Assembly: GCF_964204645.1 (NCBI RefSeq)
Contig: NC_134027.1
Coordinates: 19,306,560-19,370,559 of the forward strand
Direction: 5' to 3'
From: Tubulanus polymorphus
Lineage: Eukaryota > Animalia > Nemertea
DNA: 64,000 nt
This document shows, piece by piece, positions 52,230-64,000 of this stretch. The translations under genes and the position numbers were made by a program. How positions within the stretch are numbered: the stretch's first letter is position 1; each line of letters begins with the position of its first letter. The notes under the pieces were generated by a model. That model ran no database searches and was not told the origin of the DNA. It saw nothing but the letters and a program-made list of their open reading frames with translations.

Positions 52230-53145
52230 TAGTAGACTCCGCCTAAACTGGTAATGGTCTAAGCGGTAATCCATTCTATTCTGTAAAATGAAAATTAAGA
52301 TTACTGTTAGCTACTGTTTTTCAATGGGGTACCTGCACCGCTACTGTGGCAATCAAGGATTCCACGTATGGCAGGCGAGGATCTGCCAGGTTCGCTAGTG
52401 GTTACTTGGTTACCACGCTTCAATTTCTTCTACATTTCAATTAAATTTGAGTCAACTTTTCTCTCATTAGTACTGTAAATCAATTTCTAATAAAACTATA
52501 CCATACACTTATTGAGAACGTAAATCTTATATCTATTTGATGACTTATTTGACAACATTTCCATTTGGGAGCCTAAAAATCCAGTTCATAGTTAATTGAA
52601 AATGAACTAATTTTCACTACGTAGAACTGGATGTATTGTAGCGCCATCTGGTTTTTGCCGATACCCATACATAAATATCGCCTTGTCTGGTATTGCTCCC
52701 ATTTGGTGATTGGTCTTATCAGGTAGAATATTCGTTTATTTTGCGCCTTAACCAGTAAACTGTAACAGCTCTTCACCTACAGTACCGTATTATACAATAC
52801 TACATATTCACATAAGGCCTTATATTCTATTAATGTACACTCACGACCTCAATTGGCCATATTTTGCATTACGCAAGTGCATCATGAATGAACCGAAACT
52901 GAGGAAAGTGCGCTGAATTTGAGAGAAACGTGAGGACTAGTGTCTGGTATATTATATAAAGAAGCAAACCATTGGTGATCCACTACAGTCTGATCATATG
53001 AATAAGTAATGCCATTTAACCGCTGTTAGGATCAGTGATTCCCTACTTTTATCCATTGATCTTTGCGTTTTATTTAAACCGGTAACTGCCTAATTCGGTA
53101 GAAAAACGAAAGTCCCAACTGTACCGGTTTAGGCAGAGTCTACTA
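52230..53145. mobile_element. Tc1/mariner (pogo-like) non-autonomous element
   Basis: TA-tagtagactccgcctaaactggta ... taccggtttaggcagagtctacta-TA. Confidence 0.75.
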
Positions 53146-53335
53146 TATTTACATTAATATTAGCAGCCATGCACATTTTGTAACCACAGTCAATTGCAAG
53201 ATAGTAGTTCATGATATTTGCATTTGACAGTAAGAAGATCACCATTTAAGAGTATTCGTGTCGATCTAATTCTGCATTTAAGAATAAATGATGTTTTATA
53301 TTATATCCACCAGCATTGTGTTCTTATTTATTCAG

Positions 53336-53414
53336 TGTTGGAGCGAAAGATTACCAAGCAATGTGTTATATGTATAAGAGTGAATCAACTGGTTCTGCAA
53401 ATCGCATTATGAAT
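53336..53414 (+). CDS. CACNA2D3: alpha2delta exon (2-0) VGAKDYQAMCYMYKSESTGSANRIMN
   Basis: attcag / gtaagt; DYQAMC. Confidence 0.95.
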
Positions 53415-53469
53415 GTAAGTCTTGATCTTTCCTCAATGTCAACTATTTGCATAGAACACATAAGATATA

Positions 53470-53570
53470 TGATAGTAAAATCCCACAAAAATGAAGAAAT
53501 GTTTAATAAGTTTATAAAAAATTAGAAATATTTCGAATTTTCAAACATTTATTATGGGATTTTACTATCA
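53470..53570. repeat. ~100-bp hairpin or mini-MITE in a short intron
   Basis: tgatagtaaaatccca ... tgggattttactatca, perfect 16-bp inverted repeat. Confidence 0.7.
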
Positions 53571-53643
53571 GCGTTTTATCACGGATATTGTGAGCTTCAA
53601 CTGATTCATAAAAGGTGTATGATGATTATCTGCTCACTTTCAG

Positions 53644-53696
53644 CCACTGAAAAAGTTATTTTCATCAGTGTTCTGGCTGGTGCAAGAAGTGGGAAT
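53644..53696 (+). CDS. CACNA2D3: alpha2delta exon (0-2) PLKKLFSSVFWLVQEVGI
   Basis: tttcag / gtaagt; hydrophobic alpha2 C-terminal segment. Confidence 0.9.
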
Positions 53697-54228
53697 GTAA
53701 GTATTCTGATGGTGTTCATCATTTACGCGGTAATTTAGTCTTCAATGCACAAGATTATTATGTACAGTTGACTTCTCCCAAGTCAGTAAAGACCAAATCT
53801 ACATGAACACTAGATGTTTAAACCCAAAATTCAAGGATCAAAACTAACAAATCTTACTTGAGATAAGCTGCTGATGGCTTTAAAGTAGTGTGTATTTAAA
53901 CGCCAAAGATGAAACTACTCGGGCCACTCTCAAGTAAGATTTCTGAACATTTGATACAAGTAAGAGACTAGTTAGCCCATTCCTAAATGTCCTCTTTAAA
54001 ACAATAGAAAAAATTGCCACAATTAGTTAACCGTTACAGTAGTTAAGACCTGACATAACTAATGCTTGGATCAGACGTTCAGTCCTTGTCTGGTCTAGGA
54101 ATTTACAAATTTTACCTAGGCGATATATTGAAAAAGAAACTGACTGGCAAATACTTGAAGCATGTGATTCCATGTGATAGAATATTGTCAAGATACACCT
54201 CCAAATCTCCGACTGAAAGGCTTGTTAA

Positions 54229-54519
54229 CCCTTTCATCAGTGCTGGCTAATTAATACCCTATAGTGCTGAAGATAATTTGAAAATTCTGAAAAATCCCAC
54301 CCTAGTGTGTTGAATAACGGGAATAGCACTATAGTGCGTCTACACCCTGGCGCGGTATACCGTTAGTTACTAATATTTCACTATGTTTGACAGGTGCTGC
54401 CATCTTTCAAGAGAGATAATTAGTAATTACTAATTAAATCAATACACCGCACTGCAGTGTACTTGCAAAATCCATCACTGATTCGTACACCGCACTGCGG
54501 TGTAGACGCACTGAAAGGG
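54229..54519. mobile_element. piggyBac-type MITE
   Basis: TTAA-CCCTTTCA ... TGAAAGGG-TTAA. Confidence 0.8.
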
Positions 54520-54644
54520 TTAAAGTGCAAATGCTAACCAAATTGTACTTTCCGCAATTTCTTAACCAGAAGAAACTTAAGTATATATATATAACGACCT
54601 GAGATCTGTCTGATGGAAAAAAAAAGTATCTATAATGAGCTGTA

Positions 54645-55151
54645 AATTAGTCATTTATTTACCCTTCACGTCGTGCGTATAGTTAACAAACTATACCCGC
54701 CGTGGCGCTATTTATGATGTTATCTATGACAACACAAGCACTTGTGCGCGCTAGCTAGATGTATAATCGATTCAATAAACATCATTTGCTCACCGTATTC
54801 ACAGACCTACAGCCCCATTCACTAACATATGCTTATCATGTCATATACAACAGTAGCAACAGTATACAATGGTAAGAGTACAAAATTCAGACACTTCTGA
54901 AATGATTATTAAATACCCTATAAAATGTCTCGTGAAATCACTGGAAACTGTGAGCGCTGTCAGAGATGACATCAGAAACGCGCACCTGCTAACCTAAACA
55001 ATAACAGTGAGCACGTGCTGAAATTGCCGATTTAAAAGTCGTATTTCTCAGAAATGGCTGAACTAAAATTCAAACCAGTTGCATATTTGATATTTGTGAA
55101 TATATAACATTTGAAAATAACTTTTACACCATATTCTATTTTGATAGCTCT
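54645..55151 (-). mobile_element. partial inverted copy of the Kolobok-like element
   Basis: reverse complement of 27610 to ~28125. Confidence 0.8.
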
Positions 55152-55331
55152 TTAAAACAATACTATCACAGATATTAAGACTGACTAGAGGAATTATGTT
55201 CTTAAACTCCCGCTGAAAGAAAATGATTTTGGTCATATCACAGTTAAGACCTAAGTTATTAGTGATTTATCACTTTCCGGTATCAGTAATACGAGTTTCT
55301 AATCTACCGCTGACTACCACTGACTTGTAGC

Positions 55332-55925
55332 GAGTTTCAGGGTCATTGGTTTTGATATATCTTCACCAGGGGCATTGAATATTGAGAATTTTCAGATTGA
55401 GAATTTTAAACTACTCAAGTGGGCATGGTGTATCTGGATTCATAGTTTGGTAAATATACTGAAAAGCAGGTCCATTTTCATGATATGAAAATTTCATTCA
55501 AAATGATTTTTGAAGGTTAGATGTTTTTGCAGATGGGGCGAGCTGACCTTGTTGAAATGTGGTGGGTTTATTTTTGTCTCTTTGTCCCATGAGACAGACC
55601 CAGATGTTCTGAAAACGCTTGAAAGAAGCGAATTTCAGGGTCATTGGTTTTGGTATATCTTCACCAGGGGTATTGAATATTGAGAATTTTCAGATTGAGA
55701 ATTTTTTACTACTCAAGTGGGCATGGTGTCTCTGGATTCATAATTTGGTAAATATACTGAAAAGCAGGTCCATTTTCATGATATGAAAATTTCATTCAAA
55801 ATGATTTTCGGAGGTTAGATGTTTTTGCAGATGGGGTGAGCTAACTTTGGTTGAAATATGGTGGGTTTATTTTTGTCTCTTTGTCCCACGAGACAAGACC
55901 CAGATGCTCTGGAATCGCTTGAAAT
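55332..55925. repeat. ~298-bp tandem duplication (2 copies) containing a HINE 3' end
   Basis: tttcagggtcattggttttg at 55335 and 55633, collinear throughout. Confidence 0.9.
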
Positions 55926-56568
55926 TAAAGAATTTTCTACTTTTCTATTTCCGGTTTTGATCCCAAATCACTGGCATCCCTCAAACCCACACTTTGCATT
56001 CACTGGCATTTTCAAATCTGCTGACTGGTCCCACTAGAAAACATCTTTTACATTTAATGGCCGAATGCGCTATACCTTTGATACAGAATCAAGCTGGCAA
56101 ACTGGTCGCTATTATTGTTCGCTGACATTTTAAAAGGAAATTATGAAAACACATTGATCAAATCTTCATTTTTTGCCCAAAAATGTAAATTTTCGACGCC
56201 TGTAACTTACCAATGGTTTGCCATTTTTCATTTAAATTTTTGGTGGATATACATCAGATGAATTCCTATTGGTAAAATGCCCCATACATACTGTGCATAT
56301 TTTGTAACCGCAATCAATGAGGACACGTTTTATGATTGTGGTGAGTTTCAAGTTCATTGATAGTTGTATCTGTTCATCAGGAGATTGAATATTGAAAATG
56401 TCAGATTGTCAGGCATTTCATCAAGTGGCGCGGTGTCCCTTTCTTGTAAAGAAAATTAACTGTTTTGTAGATCCTAAGGAAATATATATAACTGATGTAA
56501 AAAAATGGCATAAAAACAAAAATAAACCCATAAAAACATTTTTTGTGTTTGTTCTTTTTCTTATTTAG

Positions 56569-56624
56569 ATTACTGTTAGAGTTTAATTTGTATTCGTGGT
56601 GGAATAGCGGAACACAAACTACAG
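56569..56624 (+). CDS. CACNA2D3: alpha2delta exon (2-1) LLLEFNLYSWWNSGTQTT, near the alpha2/delta cleavage region
   Basis: atttag / gtaagc; LEFNLxSWW as in alpha2delta-3. Confidence 0.93.
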
Positions 56625-58970
56625 GTAAGCAACAAAAAATAATATCACTTGAATCCAACTTGATTAGAAATAGCATTGCATATGATTAGATTCAGTTAAG
56701 GTGAATAAATTTTTCCCACAGCTGTCCCTACCACAGTGTATTGAAAATATCTGAAAATTTTTGTTCCACAACAGTGAGTTTCAGTGATAACATTTTGGAA
56801 CACAACGATCACTTGGTTGTTGCAGTCCATGGTGCTTCAACAGCAGGGCACTGCCTCGATTGGCAGACCTATTGCGCACCTGTCACACAGGCAATCACGT
56901 TACTAACCACCTATATGCAACCAGTAACATATTGATCAAAGCCTGCCTTGAGACATGTTACAACTTACTGGTTTCCCATGTTCTGATTTTTGAGATAGGT
57001 ATACTTAGGGAAGGACAGGTTTTTCGATCAGTCCTCTGGTTAAGCAACAAGTTGTTGTTTGAACAGACACTGTTCATCGATGTTTTAATGAAAAAAGGCT
57101 ATCTATATTTAAGGCGTGCATCGAAGGAAAACATCTCTAGCACAATTGAGATTAACAGGTCTATTGTCTTCACCAGTAGACATTGAATACTTAAATGATG
57201 CAAATTCTCAATTTATATTGTATATTGCTATGTGTCGTATATTTTTGGACAGCGATTACAAAATTGTAGCTCTTCACAAGGTCTGGGATTGTGACGGGTT
57301 TTAAGGTTTGTGTGTATGAGTTCATTGAAATAACATGGTATTTCCAATCATATTGATATTGATGCAACCAAATCAATTGTAGTACATGACATGTATGATT
57401 GTTAAGACTGTTGGTTTCTTTTCAATTAATCCTTCGACTGCTGTTTTGTCTATCTAATGGCCCAGTCTCATGAAAATGTTTGAGCTGAACAGATTAATTT
57501 CATGCACCAAATAACCAATAGCTACAATATTTTCTGTGAGAATTGGCCCAAGGCAGGTTTTTTAAATATTTAGTACTTTTGCCAAAACATCATGATCAGT
57601 GGACATGGGTGGCAGTTGGAGGATTATGATTAGATGTATAGTTAACAATGATAGATAATGTAAACTGATACTGACCACTATTTAAAGCATGTCGTCCACC
57701 CGTGTCAAACAATGCCGAGGGTGTTAGTGAAGGTGGGTGGAGATGTAATTCAGGTAAAAAGTTTACTTATCTCAAATCTCCCAGGGAGCTAAGCATTTGA
57801 AGCATGAACAGCATTAGAAAATATGGTCAAGTTGTATTTCAATTTATTATCTCACTGTCATGTATGTTTCAATGTACATACCTAGTGTAAGAATGTTTCT
57901 AGGGTCCATGGAGAAAGCACATGAGTACTTTCAAGTTCGATAATATTAGAAAATCATTATTTTGTTGAGATTACTGTATTGAAGACCATTATACCTCTCA
58001 GGCGTCGAAGCTTTGCCACAGTACTAAGCCCTTCCACTTAAGTGTATAGGGTTAAGAACCATCCAAACAGGACTCAGACTGACTTCCTGTTCTATGTTTA
58101 TTGATATCTTATAGAAAGTCACCCTACAAATAAGATCTAAGCAAGGATAATTGTTGAGCGTCATTGACCTAGGCAATAAAGTACATTTTAGCCCACTAAA
58201 ATGAATTTGTTTTAACAATGCTTTCAATAATCTATTGGCGTATTAACTTATCCTAAAATATTCCAAATTGTTGCTGAAGTGTTAGATGATTTATTCATAG
58301 TACTGGTACACTTCTGGCTAATGATGACTATTTTGATCAATATACCATGACAGCCTTATAATGCTTGTAGTTTGTATGCCTGGTATGGGAAGTGGGGTTT
58401 TCCCTGTATGTATCCATGGAAGGAATATTCAATATTATTCACTCACTTTACTCCATCTAACGATACAAGATTTCAATGGAAAGTTGTAGTTTACTCGTAA
58501 GATCACAACTTACTTATGGTTGCTGTAGTCACAGTGAACTAACCTCATGGTCCAAGACCTCGTCCAGGTTAAATTGATAAGTTTATTTTCCAGACCAAAC
58601 TAATTTTGTCCAACATTTGTGGTTGCTCATGGCACCAGATTCGTAATATTCAATCAAGAATCGTTCATTGATAGTCTACTTCCATCTAGACTTTAGATCA
58701 TCAAAATACTTGTAATTTAAGATTGATAATTTTTTCCTAGGAATTGAAACTCTTGACAGTGAGATATTATGATGCCTGCAAATTTTCAATATTTGAAATG
58801 ATATGCGTATAGTACTCTATCATACGGAGCCCTGAAGGTAGACATGGTATGAAGTGAATATTTTTTATTTCGTGGCTATGGAAAACATTTCGTTCAACGT
58901 TTCCCATGAAAAAAAAAACCAACTTATTTCTCACCGTGTCACCTCGGGGGCTCCGTACTATCATGTCTCA

Positions 58971-58983
58971 TTATTGTTACTAC

Positions 58984-59043
<60 letters not shown>
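58971..59043. repeat. (TTA)n microsatellite
   Basis: direct reading. Confidence 0.95.
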
Positions 59044-60314
59044 GATTTATGAAATTTTGCACATTTTAAGCCTGCCCTCCACCAAGCGTTGAGTTTACCG
59101 GTATGAAGATCGGACGTCAAAACTGTAAAACCGGTAAAATGAATTGAACTGTTGATTTGTAAACTGTATCGTCCTGAGTGTTGTGACATACACATAAATC
59201 ACACTTTCTCAATTTTAGTTTGATCACTGGGCAAAACTGAGTAAGTCTGGCTGGTTTTGTTGGATGATATCAACAGTGTTTGATATTTCGCCCATCACGT
59301 TAATCCTATCGTCAGTTCAGCAATCCGGCAAAAAATGAGAAAGTGTGTTCTGGTCTTAAATCCATCTGGCCCGTAGAAAATGTTTCATTGACCAGTTTTA
59401 ACTCAGAAATTGTTCATTCATTGTGAAAATGAAAAACCATGAAAATAGCTGGTATCTAGTTTGATATTTTGAAAAAGCGGTCTTATGATACATAACTAAC
59501 GGGACTAGTTACTATACAAGTTTTCATCGTTTTCAACTGATGGCAACTAGACAGAAATTTCAGTTAGTTCTTGTCTATAAAACGACTGATTGGGTAAATT
59601 TGTGTGTACTGTGCGAAAAAAATAACTACTCGTCACAAATTTTCACTGCACGAATATGATTTTGATACCTGTAGATACTGGTAAAATGAGAAAAGAGTTC
59701 ATGATATACTGATAGAAGCGCTGATCTACATAGATATGTATATACCTATGTATTAAAAAAAAAAGCATAATAGAAAACTGAACTAAAATAATGCACGTGT
59801 CGTCCTCATTTGATAGATAGATTTTTGAGTTTATAATGTTTTTCATTTTCTCTTGAGCAGTGCTACCCGAGATTCAATTCATTGAATCATTTCTCGGGAT
59901 TTTCTCAGTTTACCATGCTCATTTTAGCCTACTTAGGGGAAGCTCTAGCAGCTATTGTGTTCACTTTTCGTCATTTCTCCATTGGTCTGTAGATTGAATA
60001 GAATTTTTTAGGAATTTCAACACGCTTTGATGTGTGGCCTTGATATTTGGTTCATGTATCTAGAGTATTTCCTAGTAACATGATAAGTCAGAAAATTCAG
60101 TTTATTGGAATCATGATGGCCAACTTGGGGACATTTTAATTTGACAACACTTTCACACATTTTTTCATTAGAATTTTTGAAGTCGCTTTAATAAATTTGT
60201 CTTGAGGTTTGGTTTGTATATGTATCCCTCTTGGGCCTAGATTGGGCCTAGAGATTGGCTAAATTGGAAACTAGATGGCTGCCTTGTGACCTTTATGTTA
60301 AATAAAAAATTCAT

Positions 60315-60739
60315 TTCATATCTGACTTAGACTCTGATCTTACCTCTGCATATCGTTATTTCTGATTCATATGATAATCCTGCCTGTAGCGAACGAAAAA
60401 TGTGACTGAGATTGAAAATGGGTTTCAAAATCGTGACACGGCTGCCATTAATCATAGAACCGTGCTCAATACGAAAATCGAGAATTCAAATCAAAAACTT
60501 TTGATGCGGAAACACATCGCAAATTAGACAAAATATCTTACATTTATGTAATTAATCTAAGTATATTTGTTGCACACTGTGGTTATTCCTAAAATGCGCA
60601 AAAATGTGATGAGAAAGCATCGTGTTATAGCATTGAGTACGGTACTCATCAGCTGGCGCCACCATGCGGCGACCGCGGTAATGAGAGGAGCCGTTTTTCA
60701 ATCTCGCCCCGGTTTTATATTCCCTATGAACAGGATTAT
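60315..60739. mobile_element. MITE with imperfect ~50-bp TIRs
   Basis: ataatcctg...gagattgaaaa and ttttcaatctc...caggattat. Confidence 0.6.
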
Positions 60740-61232
60740 CAATTAAAACGGAAATAATGATATTCAGAAGTTAGTGCAGGGTCAAATCTTTCCAAAAAGT
60801 CCTCGTTAATAAAAATCGGTTCAGAATTTTTTGGTCGAAAGCACCGTTCATTTTGAAAAATCATGGTCATATTTAGTTGCAGGCTGGTGCGGTACAGTCG
60901 GATTTTGCCGATTTTTTCGTTCACTCGGTCTAACGCAGAAATTCGTTATCTTTAAGATTAATCTTACTCGAAGCAGATTGGATTATTGATAACGAAGTTA
61001 CGAACTGTTGAAGTGACATAGGCCTACCTATCGACCGTTCTGACAGAGAGTTGGCTCCCTTGTCTTTTTATATATAGTACTTAGGATACTGGGGTCAAAT
61101 TCCTTTTGCGTCAAGTCCCTGTGCTTGAGAGGAAAATATCGACCAGTTTTAACTTTATAATCTTGATGTTCAATAATTTGTTCACCAGGGGCAATAAATA
61201 GTTTCCTATTATATTCAGAATATGCATATCAA

Positions 61233-61861
61233 AGAGCATATGCCATCAAAATGGAATATTGTGTAAAATTCATTTTCAAATGTGATGTATTCACAAATAT
61301 CAAATATGGAATTGGTTTGAATTTTAGTTCACCCATTACTGAGAAATATGACTATTAAATTGGCAATTTCAGTGCGGGCTCACTGTTATTGTTTATCTTG
61401 GCGGATGCGTGTTTATGACGTCATCTCTGACAAACGCTCACGGCTTCCAGTCATTTCACTAGACATTTCATGCGATATTTTATCGTTTTGGGAGTGATTT
61501 GAATTAATAAACTCTTACCATTGTATAGTGTTGCTACCGTTGTATATGACATGATAATCGTATATAAGTGAGTAGCGCTGTAAGTCAGTGAATAACGTGA
61601 ACAAATGGTGTTTATTTTATCGATTATACATAGGCTTCGCGTACTGGCCCGCACATGTGCTTGTGTTGATTGTCATAGTTAACATCATAAATATGAACTA
61701 TACGTACGGATTGAAGGATAAATACATGACTATTCCGCTAACTATTACGGCTAATTCGTGCTCCTTTTATCAATAAGTCACATCTCAGGTCGTTATATGT
61801 GTACTTAAGTTTCTTCTGATTTAGAAATCGCGGAATGTACAATTTTGATGGCATTTGCCCT
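61233..61861 (+). mobile_element. second full copy of the Kolobok-like element
   Basis: collinear with 27610-28241; ends gccct-TTAA. Confidence 0.85.
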
Positions 61862-62362
61862 TTAAGTCACCACATTCTCGATCAATTGCATACGTTGTAG
61901 CTTATGACATGTTTTATGATTTTTGCAAGTTTCAAGGTCATTGGTTTTCATATACGTTCACCAGGGGACAATGAATGTTGAAATATTGTCTGATTGTCAA
62001 GCATTTCAGGTGACTTTTCCTGTTCCTATTTTCCTGGTTGCTACAAGGCCTGGCTATGAGTTATCCAATGAGTGAAGAATTAATTCTATGACCAAAAGCC
62101 AACGAACCAGGATATTCTCATAGACACATCAATGAGGGTGAAACTGTTGGTTTCAAAATATCTAATTTCTGGAGTGGAAATATCACACAGCATATGAAAA
62201 GGGTTTCCAAGAACTCAGCTTTGCAAAACCATCAGATTCAGCTATGTCAGGAATTTCAGAAAATGTGGAATTTTTAGGTGTTCATATATTTAGTGAATGT
62301 CCCGTGGAATGTTGTCTGTAATGTCTGTTGTAGCATGTATTTTTCCTGACACATATTTGTAG

Positions 62363-62570
62363 TAATGGCTGCTGGATGTCACCATCATGAGCACGTTATT
62401 CGTGGCCCTGTTTCTTGTATCAAGAATATGACACGATATATGTACGCTTGGAACGAAACACTATACTTAGAACAAAATGCAACAACTCCATATGAAAATG
62501 GGCCATATTTAACGCCGCTGTTTGACGACACCAGTCCTCCGAATGACCGGGCCGGTAATAAAACAGCTAG
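62363..62570 (+). CDS. CACNA2D3: candidate delta-start exon A (phase 1-2, or 1-1 if ending at 62554) MAAGCHHHEHVIRGPVSCIKNMTRY...GNKTA
   Basis: tttgtag acceptor in phase 1; open frame; SC......Y pattern; four NxT sequons; donors gtaata (62555) and gtaatg (62571). Confidence 0.65.
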
Positions 62571-63604
62571 GTAATGCTTTCAGTACTGGATGTTACTGAC
62601 AGGTGGTGGTATAGGTGGCAGGTTTTTGTATTTGTCGAATTGGGTCAAAATATGGAGCTGTATACACCTTCCCTTTGATGATTTTGGGCAATCGTAACTG
62701 ATTAGATGAATGTCAATAACATACCTAATCAATATAATTTTGCCGCATCTATAACTATGGTTACCCTAGTGCCTATGTGGTTGCACAGTCATGACTTAAG
62801 AGCCGGCTTATAAACTCCCACTAGATTTAGCCAAAAGATTTAATATTGTGAAAAACTGGCTACTGGATGAAGTCATGGCTGAAATCATCAGTTTTCAAAT
62901 CATCTGGTTATTGTTGTCAGTTTTTTTCAAATAATTTCGAATAAAAGGTTAAATCTGGAGGTTTCTTCACACTTCCATGCTAGTTGTTGTTTTTTGTTGT
63001 ATTCGGCGTTTACGTATTTGTTGAAAATCTTGCACTATTCTAAGTAATGAATTAATCATTAAATTTCACTTCAGGCTCCACGGTTTCATAAAGAGCACTT
63101 GCTATAGTTTATGGTTAACCTTTGTTGAAATGTGAGATATCCCAAGATAGAATATCTTAAGTGACCTTTGTGAAACCTGAATTGCTGGTGTTGGTTAATG
63201 GTTACTTTTCTTTCATTAATTGGTGATCTGTACTGGTTCATAATGGAAAAGATATAATGTGATCATTGATTGGTTTCAAGGTTTTGATTATTATGAAGAT
63301 TATTGTCTTAATATTTCTGGCACTCGATATAAGATAGTGTGAATTGACTTAAGTTTTGGTTAAACCTTGACTTGAATGTTAATATTGGTGGCTTAAGGTG
63401 ACCCCATAAAAACATTCGGAATAAAAAAAAATGAAATCACTGATGGAAAATGTTGATTCACGAATCAATTGATCATTCAAATCAAATTGATTGACCAATA
63501 CATCAATGAAATTGATGTGTTTTTGGCATCTGAAAATTATGAACTTTGTACAGTAGTTTGTGGAATATGGGATGTTTTATTTGTGGTTTTTCTCAAATTT
63601 AAAG

Positions 63605-63821
63605 GTGGTGACTTTTATGAACCGAATGATACTGGGTTAGATTATGAGGAAGAACAGTCAAGATTCTGGTCGAATTACCAAGAGCAACCAAATCCGCCAA
63701 AATTGATTGGCAGCAAACCATGCACTACGACCATAGATTTAGTGAAAATAAATAATAGTAAAAAATTCAAAAAGCAAACACAAGAAGGTTACATCATGGA
63801 TTGCCGAGAACGGTGTGATAA
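63605..63821 (+). CDS. CACNA2D3: delta-start exon B (phase 1-2) GGDFYEPND...GSKPCTTTIDL...GYIMDCRERCDK
   Basis: tttaaag acceptor, gtacgt donor; PC and G.I..C...C motifs of delta. Confidence 0.85.
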
Positions 63822-64000
63822 GTACGTAAAGAATGGTTGATACTCAGATCCTGATAAATCTCTAAAAAGATTTCATTTCGTTGAAAATATCATTTAACAA
63901 CACCTCTTAGTATAATTCTATGCACCGCTAAATTATAATTTGAAAATGATTGCCTCTACATATATATTGATAACTATCCAGAATCTTGTGTTGAGATTTT

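Noticed and set aside
56999-57158. Third phase 1-2 delta-start exon within ORF 56860-57186
   Set aside because: Weak donor (gtctat), no Cys motif and no resemblance to exons A or B.
59280-59320. Further hammerhead-like CTGANGA...GAAA strings (also near 34172 and 37227)
   Set aside because: Stem I and/or stem II cannot form.

Overview
AT-rich metazoan (probably invertebrate) genomic DNA, not prokaryotic. Most of the window is the internal part of one + strand multi-exon gene for a voltage-gated calcium channel auxiliary subunit alpha-2/delta, alpha2delta-3/4 (straightjacket)-like. I traced 32 candidate exons by hand from 7037 to 63821, with consistent splice phases. They cover the VWA_N/Cache region, the VWA MIDAS (DSSGS...TDG), the Cache domains and the start of delta. 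The 5' and 3' exons lie outside the window. Most ORFs in the supplied track are spurious. Introns contain many non-autonomous transposons (Helentron/HINE-, Harbinger-, Kolobok-, Tc1/mariner- and piggyBac-type), decayed L2/CR1/L1 LINE pieces, DIRS1 fragments and Penelope-type minimal hammerhead ribozymes. Most notable: two apparently alternative exons for the start of delta; a frame-preserving microexon cluster in a Cache loop; loss of the Cache amino-acid/gabapentinoid-binding Arg and Tyr; an intact sense-strand intronic hammerhead; a ~7 kb intronic foldback made of two head-to-head Helentron copies; and a DIRS ORF1 with an in-frame splice acceptor. Everything was read manually and no searches were run.
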